64,000 nucleotides of DNA from Eledone cirrhosa. Taxonomy: Eukaryota. Under the pieces are notes generated by a model, which searched no databases, was not told the origin of the DNA, and saw only the letters and a program-made list of their open reading frames with translations. Positions 1 to 12,285 of this stretch are shown here, in pieces; position 1 is the stretch's first letter, and each line of letters starts with the position of its first letter. The stretch is taken from contig OZ024758.1 of the NCBI GenBank assembly GCA_964016885.1, forward strand, positions 28,396,001 through 28,460,000. Direction: 5' to 3'. The translations under genes were made by a program, and so were the position numbers.

Positions 1-822
1 GTGAATCAAAATTATTCAGCCATACCTACTTCAATAGTAATGTGGGTTATAAAAAATATCAACAAAAGCATCTTTTAATGTCAAAAATGCTAGTTTACTA
101 ACATTTTTCATAAGTCATGTTCTGAGCACTGGATTCATAATGAAAAAAAGTTATTTTAGTAAATTCTTTAAAATTCTCAGTAATTTTCAAATTTGAGAGA
201 AACCCTAAGAGGATCCTTAGAAAATACACAATTAAAGTGGATTAATTTAAATGTTGAAGTAAAAATACTCATGACAATTACAGTAGAGAAATAACAAAGT
301 TTACCCATCACAGTATTTTTAAAAGTTATCAAGCAATAACATTTTAATAAGTCCTTGAGTAATAACATAATATTTTGGATGTCGTTCTTGTTATTGAAAA
401 ATCATCATCAGCATCATAAAGACATTTTACATTTTTGTTCATATATTTTATTTTAACATTTTTCTTATATGAATCAGTTATATTCATTCTTCCTTATGCC
501 TTCATTAGTGTCTGTACATCTGCTTGCTCTTAATTAGAATCATTGTTTCAATCACAGATACATCTGGCACTTCTTTCTTTTCAAAACTTCTATAATCTTA
601 CTTCTTTCAATATATATATATATTTTTGCGTTTTTTTTTTTATTTCAAATCTGTTTAAGTTTTATTAATAGAAGATATTTCATATCCTAATTTGCTGAAT
701 TAATATCTATAATTATTCTATAAGCTGCAAGACTGTTGATTCAAATCAAAATTAATTTTGCAGACAGTTATTTTAATGAAATCCTGGATATATTGTATTA
801 TTTACTAAAATTAAGATATAGC

Positions 823-1125
823 TTCTTCTTGTCGTGTCCACAACAATGTCAATTACAAAGCTTGGCTAGATGTGATTCCACCACAGCTGAACACATTGCT
901 GTCCTTTCTCATTAAACTCTGCCAAGTCCAAATCTGTGCAGGAGTATTCCAGCATGGGGCATATCAGGAGGTGCTGCGTAGTCTGTGGTGTGATGCCGCA
1001 GTCACACACAACGCCCCATCCTTTAAATATCCCCATTTTGCAAGAGTGACTTTTGCACGTCCAACACCAGATCTTAGTCTGTTTAGGCATTTCTAGGGGG
1101 CAGTGCCTCACTTGCCTTTAGCAAA
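823..1125 (-). mobile_element. Vingi/Ingi-like LINE 3' fragment
   Basis: Degenerate WKCLNRLRSGVGR..KWGY..CDCG..QTTQHLLICP zinc-knuckle C-terminus; GACACGACAAGAAGAAG tail. Confidence 0.75.
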
Positions 1126-1261
1126 TAAAATAATGTATTTTGGATAAGGATATGGTGACTTTTCAATGGCAGGATTTAAAACTTGATCTTTAATTCAGGA
1201 ATTTAATAGTTAACATACAGCTGACCTCCTCTGTAAAATTGGAATGACAGCAGCCTGTCTG

Positions 1262-1360
1262 AGGAAGGAACCCTGTAAGGTGGGGTGGCTGTTGCAGTAG
1301 GTGTCGCTGGTCATTGTCCACAGAAATGCCTTTGCCATTTTGTCCACTGGGTGCAGCCAA
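1262..1360 (+). mobile_element. CRE-like (RLE) retrotransposon 3' fragment
   Basis: EP.xVGWLLQ*VSLVIVHRNAFAILS; near-identical to 35885-35980 and homologous to the end of 29380-29765. Confidence 0.6.
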
Positions 1361-1875
1361 AACACAGTTCTGACTTAGGTATAGAGTCTGTCACTCTCTC
1401 CCCTACCCCCTTTCTTTGCCTAATAAACTTTGCCCTTTCCCTCTTTTTCATCTCATTTATAGCATTTATAGTCCTTTCCAATACTACTTTCTTTTTCTAA
1501 ATGTTTGACTAAATATTAAATTCTTTATTGTTTTTATGTAATTTTATCCTAGAAATATATTTGAGTATTTAGAAATAAAATATTTCTTACTTCCTACACA
1601 CACTTATATATAAACAATAGTTATATTTCCCCCCTACTCAATAATTATACCCCACCCCCCTCCAAAAAAAAAAAACCTACCAAAACACACATCTATTTGT
1701 ATATACTCTACAATATATGTACATGTTATGTTTATCACATATCAAAGTTTTGTTTTATATCTTGGTTGATATTTGATAATAACAGCTAAACTTATCACTT
1801 ACAACTAAATAGATCAAATTTGGCCCCACCAATTCAGAAATGCTTCCACTGCCCCTGAGAAAGTAAAACCTTCAA

Positions 1876-2073
1876 CCCTTTAGCATTTACATTATTCTAT
1901 ATATACTATTGTATTTTTGTGGTAAAGGTATAATATCGAATCTATCAGATATTGATGTTATTTATTTTGAGAACAATACCTTAACATCAATATGAGCGGC
2001 CAGTTACAGCTGGTTTGAACAGAAAGAGGTGAGGGAATTCTGGCTGGATACAGCTGGTTTAAATGCTAAAGGG
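1876..2073. mobile_element. piggyBac-like MITE
   Basis: TIRs CCCTTTAGCATTTA...TAAATGCTAAAGGG flanked by TCAA/TTAA; same family at 31415 and 61354. Confidence 0.8.
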
Positions 2074-2084
2074 TTAACACGTAC

Positions 2085-2196
2085 CTTGTTTTTGCAGTCA
2101 GTAATGACGTTAATCATGACACAGACTTCAGAGTGAACTATATAATCAGTACTTTTGCCACTTTTCTTTAGCCAGGTTTCAAACGCTTTTAAGGTC
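2085..2196 (-). CDS. CADPS: CADPS/CAPS internal exon (MUN/MHD region), 112 nt
   Basis: ttttag|G ACC TTA...AAC AAG|gtacgt; translates (R)TLKAFETWLKKSGKSTDYIVHSEVCVMINVITDCKNK, resembling vertebrate CAPS1 [36 protein letters not shown] (recalled). Phase-2 start matches the upstream exon. Confidence 0.93.
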
Positions 2197-2636
2197 CTAA
2201 AAGGTAATCAAATAAAATAATTAATTCAATAAATAATTTATTAAATAAAATATCTATTGCATAAAATTATATAAGATGATTAGAAATAATTTTTTAATAG
2301 AGATTATTTTTAAAGAAATTAATAAAGAATTTTATTTGTGAGAAGAAGATAGTTAGACATCACCATCACCATCATCACTGCTTAATGTCTATTTTCCATG
2401 CTTGCATGGTTAGATGGCTCTCGCAAGCTGAGGTCAAACTGGTCAGGTGACCAGGTCCTACACAAATGTTTTGTTTTGACTTGGTTTCTATGGCCGGATG
2501 GCCTTCCTAATACCATAAACTCTATATCAATTAAATAGATACAAATATTAAAGCTGTGTAGTCACAAAAACATGGTCACCTGATTGGTGAAGCTGCAGAC
2601 CATGACAGTCCAATCCAGTGTGGAAAGCATATATAA

Positions 2637-3310
2637 AAATAATGATGATAACGATGATGATGATAATGATGACGATAACGATGATGATGATGATGATAAC
2701 GATGATGATGATGATGATAACGATGATGATGATGATGATAACAATGATGATGAAGATGATGATGATAACGATGATGATGATGATGATAACGATGATGATG
2801 ATGATGAAGATGATAACGATGATGATGATAACGATGATGATGATAACGATGATGATGATGATGATGATAATGATGATGATGATGATAATGATGATGACAA
2901 TGATAACGATGATGATGATAACGATGATGATGATAACGATGATGATGATAACGATGATGATAACGATGATGATGATGATGATGATGATAATGATGATGAC
3001 AATGATAACGATGATGATGATAACGATGATGATGATGATGATGATAATGATGATGATGATAACGATGATGATGATAACGATGATGATGATGATGATGATA
3101 ATGATGATGATGATGATGATGATGACAATGATGATGATAACGATGATGATGACAGTGATGATGATGACAATAATAATGATGACAATGATGACAGTGATGA
3201 TGACAGTGATGATGATGACAATAACAATGATGACAATGATGACAGTGATGATGACAGTGATGATGATGACAATAATAATGATGACAATGATGACAGTGAT
3301 GATGATGGTG
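2637..3310. repeat. Compound (GAT)n trinucleotide repeat with AAC/GAC interruptions
   Basis: Read directly; lies in the CADPS intron 2197-10630. Confidence 0.97.
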
Positions 3311-3429
3311 ACATTTACTCTTCAATACATAAAAACATATCTGCCCCATTTTCCCTAAAAAAACACTAAACAATATAAACATACCCCCCCCCCCCACTAT
3401 GTAAACACATGTACTTTTATTTATGGAAT

Positions 3430-3925
3430 ATCATCATCATCATCATCATTTTACGTCCGTTCTTCCACGCTAGCATGGGTTAGACGGGTTGTCCTGTTGT
3501 GGGCAGTGTCTGGTCGGCTGACCTTGTCTTGCTCATACAGGAACTGATTCTGGCTTGATTTCTACAGCTGGATGCCCTTCCTAACACCAACCTCATTTAC
3601 AGTGAGTGCTGGGTGCTTTTTTTTCCGTGGTGCCTACACGTCCACTTTACAGTGTAGGCTGGGAGCTTTTTTTCCGTGGTGCCTACACGTCCACTTTACA
3701 GTGGGTGCTGGGTGCTTTTGTTTTGCCATGGCGCCTCCACGACCACTTTGCAGTGGAATGATAGGGACCCCAGTCCTATCATCTCATTTCTACAGCTGAG
3801 TAAACTGGAGCAATGTGAAATAAAGTGTCTTGCTCAAGGAAACAACACATCACCCGGTCTGAGATTTGAACTCACAACCTTTCGATTGCAAACCCAATGC
3901 TCTAACCACTAAGCCATGTGCCTCC
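3430..3925 (-). mobile_element. tRNA-derived CORE-type SINE, full length
   Basis: Head GGAGGCACATGGCTTAGTGG (A box), GAGTTCAAATC (B box), CORE-like CCTTGAGCAAGACACTT, (GAT)n tail. Confidence 0.85.
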
Positions 3926-4009
3926 ATATATATATATACAGTTTAATAGGAAAAGAAAAAAAAGAAAAGGCAGGTAGTGCCACCGTTGTAGGGATGCTGA
4001 TGTGCATTG

Positions 4010-7000
4010 TGTGAGTTTGATACAAGAGAGGTGGGGGAAGCTGTTGTAGTTAGACCAGTTACTTCCTTTCTTGTGTCTGTTGTGAGTTTGATACAAGAGA
4101 GGTGGGGGAAGCTGTTGTAGTTAGACCAGTTACTTCCTTTCTTGTGTCTGTTGTGAGTTTGATACAAGAGAGGTGGGGGAAGCTGGTGTAGTTAGACCAG
4201 TTACTTCCTTTCTTGTGTCTGTTGTGAGTTTGATACAAGAGAGGTGGGGGAAGCTGTTGTAGTTAGACCAGTTACTTCCTTTCTTGTGTCTGTTGTGAGT
4301 TTGATACAAGAGAGGTGGGGGAAGCTGGTGTAGTTAGACCAGTTACTTCCTTTCTTGTGTCTGTTGTGAGTTTGATACAAGAGAGGTGGGGGAAGCTGTT
4401 GTAGTTAGACCAGTTACTTCCTTTCTTGTGTCTGTTGTGAGTTTGATACAAGAGAGGTGGGGGAAGCTGGTGTAGTTAGACCAGTTACTTCCTTTCTTGT
4501 GTCTGTTGTGAGTTTGATACAAGAGAGGTGGAGGAAGCTGTTGTAGTTAGACCAGTTACTTCCTTTCTTGTGTCTGTTGTGAGTTTGATACAAGAGAGGT
4601 GGGGGAAGCTGTTGTAGTTAGACCAGTTACTTCCTTTCTTGTGTCTGTTGTGAGTTTGATACAAGAGAGGTGGGGGAAGCTGTTGTAGTTAGACCAGTTA
4701 CTTCCTTTCTTGTGTCTGTTGTGAGTTTGATACAAGAGAGGTGGGGGAAGCTGGTGTAGTTAGACCAGTTACTTCCTTTCTTGTGTCTGTTGTGAGTTTG
4801 ATACAAGAGAGGTGGGGGAAGCTGTTGTAGTTAGACCAGTTACTTCCTTTCTTGCGTCTGTTGTGACTTTGATACAAGAGAGGTGGGGGAAGCTGTTGTA
4901 GTTAGACCAGTTACTTCCTTTCTTGTGTCTGTTGTGAGTTTGATACAAGAGAGGTGGGGGAAGCTGTTGTAGTTAGACCAGTTACTTCCTTTCTTGTGTC
5001 TGTTGTGAGTTTGATACAAGAGAGGTGGGGGAAGCTGTTGTAGTTAGACCAGTTACTTCCTTTCTTGTGTCTGTTGTGAGTTTGATACAAGAGAGGTGGG
5101 GGAAGCTGTTGTAGTTAGACCAGTTACTTCCTTTCTTGCGTCTGTTGTGACTTTGATACAAGAGAGGTGGGGGAAGCTGTTGTAGTTAGACCAGTTACTT
5201 CCTTTCTTGTGTCTGTTGTGAGTTTGATACAAGAGAGGTGGGGGAAGCTGGTGTAGTTAGACCATTACTTCCTTTCTTGTGTCTGTTGTGAGTTTGATAC
5301 AAGAGAGGTGGGGGAAGCTGGTGTAGTTAGACCAGTTACTTCCTTTCTTGTGTCTGTTGTGAGTTTGATACAAGAGAGGTGGGGGAAGCTGTTGTAGTTA
5401 GACCAGTTACTTCCTTTCTTGTGTCTGTTGTGAGTTTGATACAAGAGAGGTGGGGGAAGCTGGTGTAGTTAGACCAGTTACTTCCTTTCTTGTATCTGTT
5501 GTGAGTTTGATACAAGAGAGGTGGGGGAAGCTGGTGTAGTTAGACCAGTTACTTCCTTTCTTGTGTCTGTTGTGAGTTTGATACAAGAGAGGTGGAGGAA
5601 GCTGTTGTAGTTAGACCAGTTACTTCCTTTCTTGTGTCTGTTGTGAGTTTGATACAAGAGAGGTGGGGGAAGCTGGTGTAGTTAGACCAGTTACTTCCTT
5701 TCTTGTGTCTGTTGTGAGTTTGATACAAGAGAGGTGGGGGAAGCTGGTGTAGTTAGACCAGTTACTTCCTTTCTTGTGTCTGTTGTGACTTTGATACAAG
5801 AGAGGTGGGGGAAGCTGTTGTAGTTAGACCAGTTACTTCCTTTCTTGTGTCTGTTGTGAGTTTGATACAAGAGAGGTGGGGGAAGCTGGTGTAGTTAGAC
5901 CATTACTTCCTTTCTTGTGTCTGTTGTGACTTTGATACAAGAGAGGTGGGGGAAGCTGGTGTAGTTAGACCAGTTACTTCCTTTCTTGTGTCTGTTGTGA
6001 GTTTGATACAAGAGAGGTGGGGGAAGCTGGTGTAGTTAGACCAGTTACTTCCTTTCTTGTGTCTGTTGTGAGTTTGATACAAGAGAGGTGGGGGAAGCTG
6101 GTGTAGTTAGACCAGTTACTTCCTTTCTTGTGTCTGTTGTGACTTTGATACAAGAGAGGTGGGGGAAGCTGGTGTAGTTAGACCAGTTACTTCCTTTCTT
6201 GTGTCTGTTGTGACTTTGATACAAGAGAGGTGGGGGAAGCTGGTGTAGTTAGACCAGTTACTTCCTTTCTTGTGTCTGTTGTGACTTTGATACAAGAGAG
6301 GTGGGGGAAGCTGGTGTAGTTAGACCAGTTACTTCCTTTCTTGTGTCTGTTGTGAGTTTGATACAAGAGAGGTGGGGGAAGCTGTTGTAGTTAGACCAGT
6401 TACTTCCTTTCTTGTGTCTGTTGTGAGTTTGATACAAGAGAGGTGGGGGAAGCTGGTGTAGTTAGACCAGTTACTTCCTTTCTTGTGTCTGTTGTGACTT
6501 TGATACAAGAGAGGTGGGGGAAGCTGGTGTAGTTAGACCAGTTACTTCCTTTCTTGTGTCTGTTGTGAGTTTGATACAAGAGAGGTGGGGGAAGCTGGTG
6601 TAGTTAGACCAGTTACTTCCTTTCTTGTGTCTGTTGTGACTTTGATACAAGAGAGGTGGGGGAAGCTGGTGTAGTTAGACCAGTTACTTCCTTTCTTGTG
6701 TCTGTTGTGACTTTGATACAAGAGAGGTGGGGGAAGCTGGTGTAGTTAGACCAGTTACTTCCTTTCTTGTGTCTGTTGTGAGTTTGATACAAGAGAGGTG
6801 GGGGAAGCTGGTGTAGTTAGACCAGTTACTTCCTTTCTTGTGTCTGTTGTGAGTTTGATACAAGAGAGGTGGGGGAAGCTGGTGTAGTTAGACCAGTTAC
6901 TTCCTTTCTTGTGTCTGTTGTGAGTTTGATACAAGAGAGGTGGGGGAAGCTGGTGTAGTTAGACCAGTTACTTCCTTTCTTGTGTCTGTTGTGAGTTTGA

Positions 7001-10000
7001 TACAAGAGAGGTGGGGGAAGCTGGTGTAGTTAGACCAGTTACTTCCTTTCTTGTGTCTGTTGTGAGTTTGATACAAGAGAGGTGGGGGAAGCTGTTGTAG
7101 TTAGACCAGTTACTTCCTTTCTTGTGTCTGTTGTGAGTTTGATACAAGAGAGGTGGGGGAAGCTGGTGTAGTTAGACCAGTTACTTCCTTTCTTGTGTCT
7201 GTTGTGACTTTGATACAAGAGAGGTGGGGGAAGCTGGTGTAGTTAGACCAGTTACTTCCTTTCTTGTGTCTGTTGTGAGTTTGATACAAGAGAGGTGGGG
7301 GAAGCTGGTGTAGTTAGACCAGTTACTTCCTTTCTTGTGTCTGTTGTGAGTTTGATACAAGAGAGGTGGGGGAAGCTGGTGTAGTTAGACCAGTTACTTC
7401 CTTTCTTGTGTCTGTTGTGAGTTTGATACAAGAGAGGTGGGGGAAGCTGGTGTAGTTAGACCAGTTACTTCCTTTCTTGTGTCTGTTGTGACTTTGATAC
7501 AAGAGAGGTGGGGGAAGCTGGTGTAGTTAGACCAGTTACTTCCTTTCTTGTGTCTGTTGTGAGTTTGATACAAGAGAGGTGGGGGAAGCTGGTGTAGTTA
7601 GACCAGTTACTTCCTTTCTTGTGTCTGTTGTGAGTTTGATACAAGAGAGGTGGGGGAAGCTGGTGTAGTTAGACCAGTTACTTCCTTTCTTGTGTCTGTT
7701 GTGACTTTGATACAAGAGAGGTGGGGGAAGCTGGTGTAGTTAGACCAGTTACTTCCTTTCTTGTGTCTGTTGTGAGTTTGATACAAGAGAGGTGGGGGAA
7801 GCTGGTGTAGTTAGACCAGTTACTTCCTTTCTTGTGTCTGTTGTGACTTTGATACAAGAGAGGTGGGGGAAGCTGGTGTAGTTAGACCAGTTACTTCCTT
7901 TCTTGTGTCTGTTGTGAGTTTGATACAAGAGAGGTGGGGGAAGCTGTTGTAGTTAGACCAGTTACTTCCTTTCTTGTGTCTGTTGTGAGTTTGATACAAG
8001 AGAGGTGGGGGAAGCTGGTGTAGTTAGACCAGTTACTTCCTTTCTTGTGTCTGTTGTGAGTTTGATACAAGAGAGGTGGGGGAAGCTGGTGTAGTTAGAC
8101 CAGTTACTTCCTTTCTTGTGTCTGTTGTGAGTTTGATACAAGAGAGGTGGGGGAAGCTGGTGTAGTTAGACCAGTTACTTCCTTTCTTGTGTCTGTTGTG
8201 ACTTTGATACAAGAGAGGTGGGGGAAGCTGGTGTAGTTAGACCAGTTACTTCCTTTCTTGTGTCTGTTGTGACTTTGATACAAGAGAGGTGGGGGAAGCT
8301 GGTGTAGTTAGACCAGTTACTTCCTTTCTTGTGTCTGTTGTGAGTTTGATACAAGAGAGGTGGGGGAAGCTGGTGTAGTTAGACCAGTTACTTCCTTTCT
8401 TGTGTCTGTTGTGACTTTGATACAAGAGAGGTGGGGGAAGCTGGTGTAGTTAGACCAGTTACTTCCTTTCTTGTGTCTGTTGTGAGTTTGATACAAGAGA
8501 GGTGGGGGAAGCTGGTGTAGTTAGACCAGTTACTTCCTTTCTTGTGTCTGTTGTGAGTTTGATACAAGAGAGGTGGGGGAAGCTGTTGTAGTTAGACCAG
8601 TTACTTCCTTTCTTGTGTCTGTTGTGACTTTGATACAAGAGAGGTGGGGGAAGCTGGTGTAGTTAGACCAGTTACTTCCTTTCTTGTGTCTGTTGTGAGT
8701 TTGATACAAGAGAGGTGGGGGAAGCTGTTGTAGTTAGACCAGTTACTTCCTTTCTTGTGTCTGTTGTGACTTTGATACAAGAGAGGTGGGGGAAGCTGGT
8801 GTAGTTAGACCAGTTACTTCCTTTCTTGTGTCTGTTGTGAGTTTGATACAAGAGAGGTGGGGGAAGCTGTTGTAGTTAGACCAGTTACTTCCTTTCTTGT
8901 GTCTGTTGTGACTTTGATACAAGAGAGGTGGGGGAAGCTGGTGTAGTTAGACCAGTTACTTCCTTTCTTGTGTCTGTTGTGAGTTTGATACAAGAGAGGT
9001 GGGGGAAGCTGGTGTAGTTAGACCAGTTACTTCCTTTCTTGTGTCTGTTGTGACTTTGATACAAGAGAGGTGGGGGAAGCTGGTGTAGTTAGACCAGTTA
9101 CTTCCTTTCTTGTGTCTGTTGTGAGTTTGATACAAGAGAGGTGGGGGAAGCTGGTGTAGTTAGACCAGTTACTTCCTTTCTTGTGTCTGTTGTGAGTTTG
9201 ATACAAGAGAGGTGGGGGAAGCTGTTGTAGTTAGACCAGTTACTTCCTTTCTTGTGTCTGTTGTGACTTTGATACAAGAGAGGTGGGGGAAGCTGTTGTA
9301 GTTAGACCAGTTACTTCCTTTCTTGTGTCTGTTGTGAGTTTGATACAAGAGAGGTGGGGGAAGCTGTTGTAGTTAGACCAGTTACTTCCTTTCTTGTGTC
9401 TGTTGTGAGTTTGATACAAGAGAGGTGGGGGAAGCTGTTGTAGTTAGACCAGTTACTTCCTTTCTTGTGTCTGTTGTGAGTTTGATACAAGAGAGGTGGG
9501 GGAAGCTGTTGTAGTTAGACCAGTTACTTCCTTTCTTGTGTCTGTTGTGAGTTTGATACAAGAGAGGTGGGGGAAGCTGTTGTAGTTAGACCAGTTACTT
9601 CCTTTCTTGTGTCTGTTGTGAGTTTGATACAAGAGAGGTGGGGGAAGCTGGTGTAGTTAGACCAGTTACTTCCTTTCTTGTGTCTGTTGTGAGTTTGATA
9701 CAAGAGAGGTGGGGGAAGCTGGTGTAGTTAGACCAGTTACTTCCTTTCTTGTGTCTGTTGTGAGTTTGATACAAGAGAGGTGGAGGAAGCTGTTGTAGTT
9801 AGACCAGTTACTTCCTTTCTTGTGTCTGTTGTGAGTTTGATACAAGAGAGGTGGGGGAAGCTGTTGTAGTTAGACCAGTTACTTCCTTTCTTGTGTCTGT
9901 TGTGAGTTTGATACAAGAGAGGTGGGGGAAGCTGTTGTAGTTAGACCAGTTACTTCCTTTCTTGTGTCTGTTGTGAGTTTGATACAAGAGAGGTGGGGGA

Positions 10001-10321
10001 AGCTGTTGTAGTTAGACCAGTTACTTCCTTTCTTGTGTCTGTTGTGAGTTTGATACAAGAGAGGTGGGGGAAGCTGTTGTAGTTAGACCAGTTACTTCCT
10101 TTCTTGTGTCTGTTGTGAGTTTGATACAAGAGAGGTGGGGGAAGCTGTTGTAGTTAGACCAGTTACTTCCTTTCTTGTGTCTGTTGTGACTTTGATACAA
10201 GAGAGGTGGAGGAAGCTGTTGTAGTTAGACCAGTTACTTCCTTTCTTGTGTCTGTTGTGACTTTGATACAAGAGAGGTGGGGGAAGCTGTTGTAGTTAGA
10301 CCAGTTACTTCCTTTCTTGTG
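4010..10321. repeat. 71-bp minisatellite, about 89 near-identical copies
   Basis: Unit tgtgagtttgatacaagagaggtgggggaagctg(t/g)tgtagttagaccagttacttcctttcttgtgtctgt; starts at 4010, 4081, 4152 and so on. Confidence 0.98.
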
Positions 10322-10630
10322 CACTGATCAACCTCCCATGGGATGGAAGACGGAGGAGAGGCGGCATTGAATGTAGGGGTGTGGGGGAGAGGGGGGGGAC
10401 AGGAAATTGGAAATGGGGAGACTGTGGGTGTGGTAGGTAGGTGTGTAGGATGGAATGAGAGAGAAGTGAAAGGAGGTGATGTGGGAAGAGTGGGAGGGTT
10501 TGGGGTGAGGAGGGATAAAGGGGGAGGAGGAAGCGCGGGGGGGGGGGGGGGTAGATCCAGCATACTGAATTGATAGGGAAGTGACTGAAAATAACGCTAT
10601 AAATCACTTTGTTTAATGTACAATAATTAC

Positions 10631-10786
10631 CTTTTGGCTGCAGCTTCAATCATATCAGCAGCCATAATTTTAAGTCTATTGTCCAGGTGCTCAGCAAAAA
10701 CCTCTTCTGGCCACCTTAAATCTCGAATAAATGATTGAAGGGCGTCTAATTTCCACAGCATGTCTTCCGATGTTGCACATCCATTG
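10631..10786 (-). CDS. CADPS: CADPS/CAPS internal exon, 156 nt, phase 2-2
   Basis: tgtttcag|C AAT GGA...AAA AG|gtaatt; translates [51 protein letters not shown](R), matching CAPS [47 protein letters not shown]. Confidence 0.96.
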
Positions 10787-10901
10787 CTGAAACAAATGTA
10801 ATCTTCGTTAATAGGATTATATCATTATATCAACGATATCAACTTGAAATATTATACTACAACAACAACAAAATAAACATATAATTAACATATATTAATA
10901 A

Positions 10902-11210
10902 TAATTGTTTCTACTTTAGGCACAAGGCCAGCAATTACCCCAGTGCATTACTGGTACTTTATTTTATCGACCCCGTAAGGATGAAAGGCAAAGTTAACCT
11001 CGGCGGAAGCACAAGGCCAGTAATTTGGGGGGAGGGGAAAGTCGATGAAATCGACCCCAGTACATTACTGGTACTTTATTTTATCGACCCCCGTAAGGAT
11101 GAATGGTATAGCTCACCTCGACAGGATTTGAACTCAGACCGTAAAGGGCCGTAACTCTATGCCGCGAAGCATGGTGTCCGATGCTCTACCAATACTGTCA
11201 ATCCACCGCC

Positions 11211-11212
<2 letters not shown>
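10902..11212 (-). mobile_element. MetaSINE-type tRNA SINE (partial copy plus full copy in tandem)
   Basis: Core GCCTTTCATCCTTACGGGGTCGATAAAATAAAGTACCAG on the minus strand twice; head GGCGGTGGATTG. Confidence 0.85.
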
Positions 11213-11250
<38 letters not shown>

Positions 11251-11811
11251 TAATAACAATGTTATGCTTTATTATTACTATCCTGTATTAGTTATCAATG
11301 AAGATAATACAATTAAAAAGCTACCAAAGAAAATATAACATGTGATGATATTTTGTTTTACTTCCAAAATCGGGATATTCTATTTGAAAATACAAACTAT
11401 TTTTTAAGATTTAAAACTATTTTACAAAGAAATTGTTCATTTTTGACAAATTTTACTTCGGAATATAAGTTTTTAATTTAATTATTAAAGTTTCTACCTT
11501 TAAACATTTTCCTACTTGTGAGTTTTTAGATTTTATATAACTGCCATGTTGATTTTATAATGATAATATAAAATATATTTTTGTACATATCTGGATGTTT
11601 GTCATTAAATGTCTTCTAATATGTATACTTATTAATATTTAAAACGCAGAAATAAGTATAACTGTATGGACAGGGCCAGACTTTCATTTGTTGAGGGCTT
11701 AAGCTATATGAAATTTGAGGCCCTTTACATTAATACAATAATTAATATTTTTTATATTAATGTTAATGATAAAGAATAATATATTATATATTATCTATAT
11801 ATCTATCAAAA

Positions 11812-12103
11812 GGGTGTGAGTTCAATTCTCAGACCAGGTGATGTGCTGTTTCCTTGAGCAAGACACTTTATTTCACATTGCTCCAGTTTACTCAGCTGTA
11901 GAAATGAGATGATAGGGACTAGGGTCCCTATCATTCCACTGCAAAGTGGTCATGGAGGTGCCACGGCAAAAAAGCACCCCGCACTCACTGTAAATGAGGT
12001 TGGTATTAGGAAGGGCATCCAGCTGTAGAAATGAAGCTAGAATCACTTCCCGTCCCACCCTTGCAAGCAGGGAAAAGCGGACGTAAAATGATGAAAATGA
12101 TGA
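11812..12103 (+). mobile_element. CORE-type SINE (5' truncated)
   Basis: Near-identical to 29795-30144. Confidence 0.85.
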
Positions 12104-12285
12104 TATATCCAGGGTTTGATTTGCTTTTGGTTCCAGAGTTTGATACAGATCAAACCTTGAGCTGATCAATAGCGATTGGTGACGTGTGTTTCGCTATTGA
12201 TCAGCTCAAGGTTTGATCTGTATTGAACACTGGAACCAAAAGCTCATCGGAAGTCTGCTGTAGTAATGACACTCCCTGGATATAT
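12103..12285. mobile_element. Fold-back element with degenerate hammerhead (Penelope-like remnant)
   Basis: 53-bp inverted arms 12123-12175 / 12191-12243; outer IR ATATATCCAGGG/CCCTGGATATAT; minus strand CCGATGA...GAAACACACGTC. Confidence 0.6.

Noticed and set aside
2562-3397. Poly-Asp, -Ser, -His and -Met ORFs resembling acidic biomineralisation proteins
   Set aside because: These are frames of an intronic (GAT)n microsatellite with no signal peptide or exon structure.
4010-10321. CRISPR-like array
   Set aside because: There are no unique spacers or cas genes, and the context is a eukaryotic intron.
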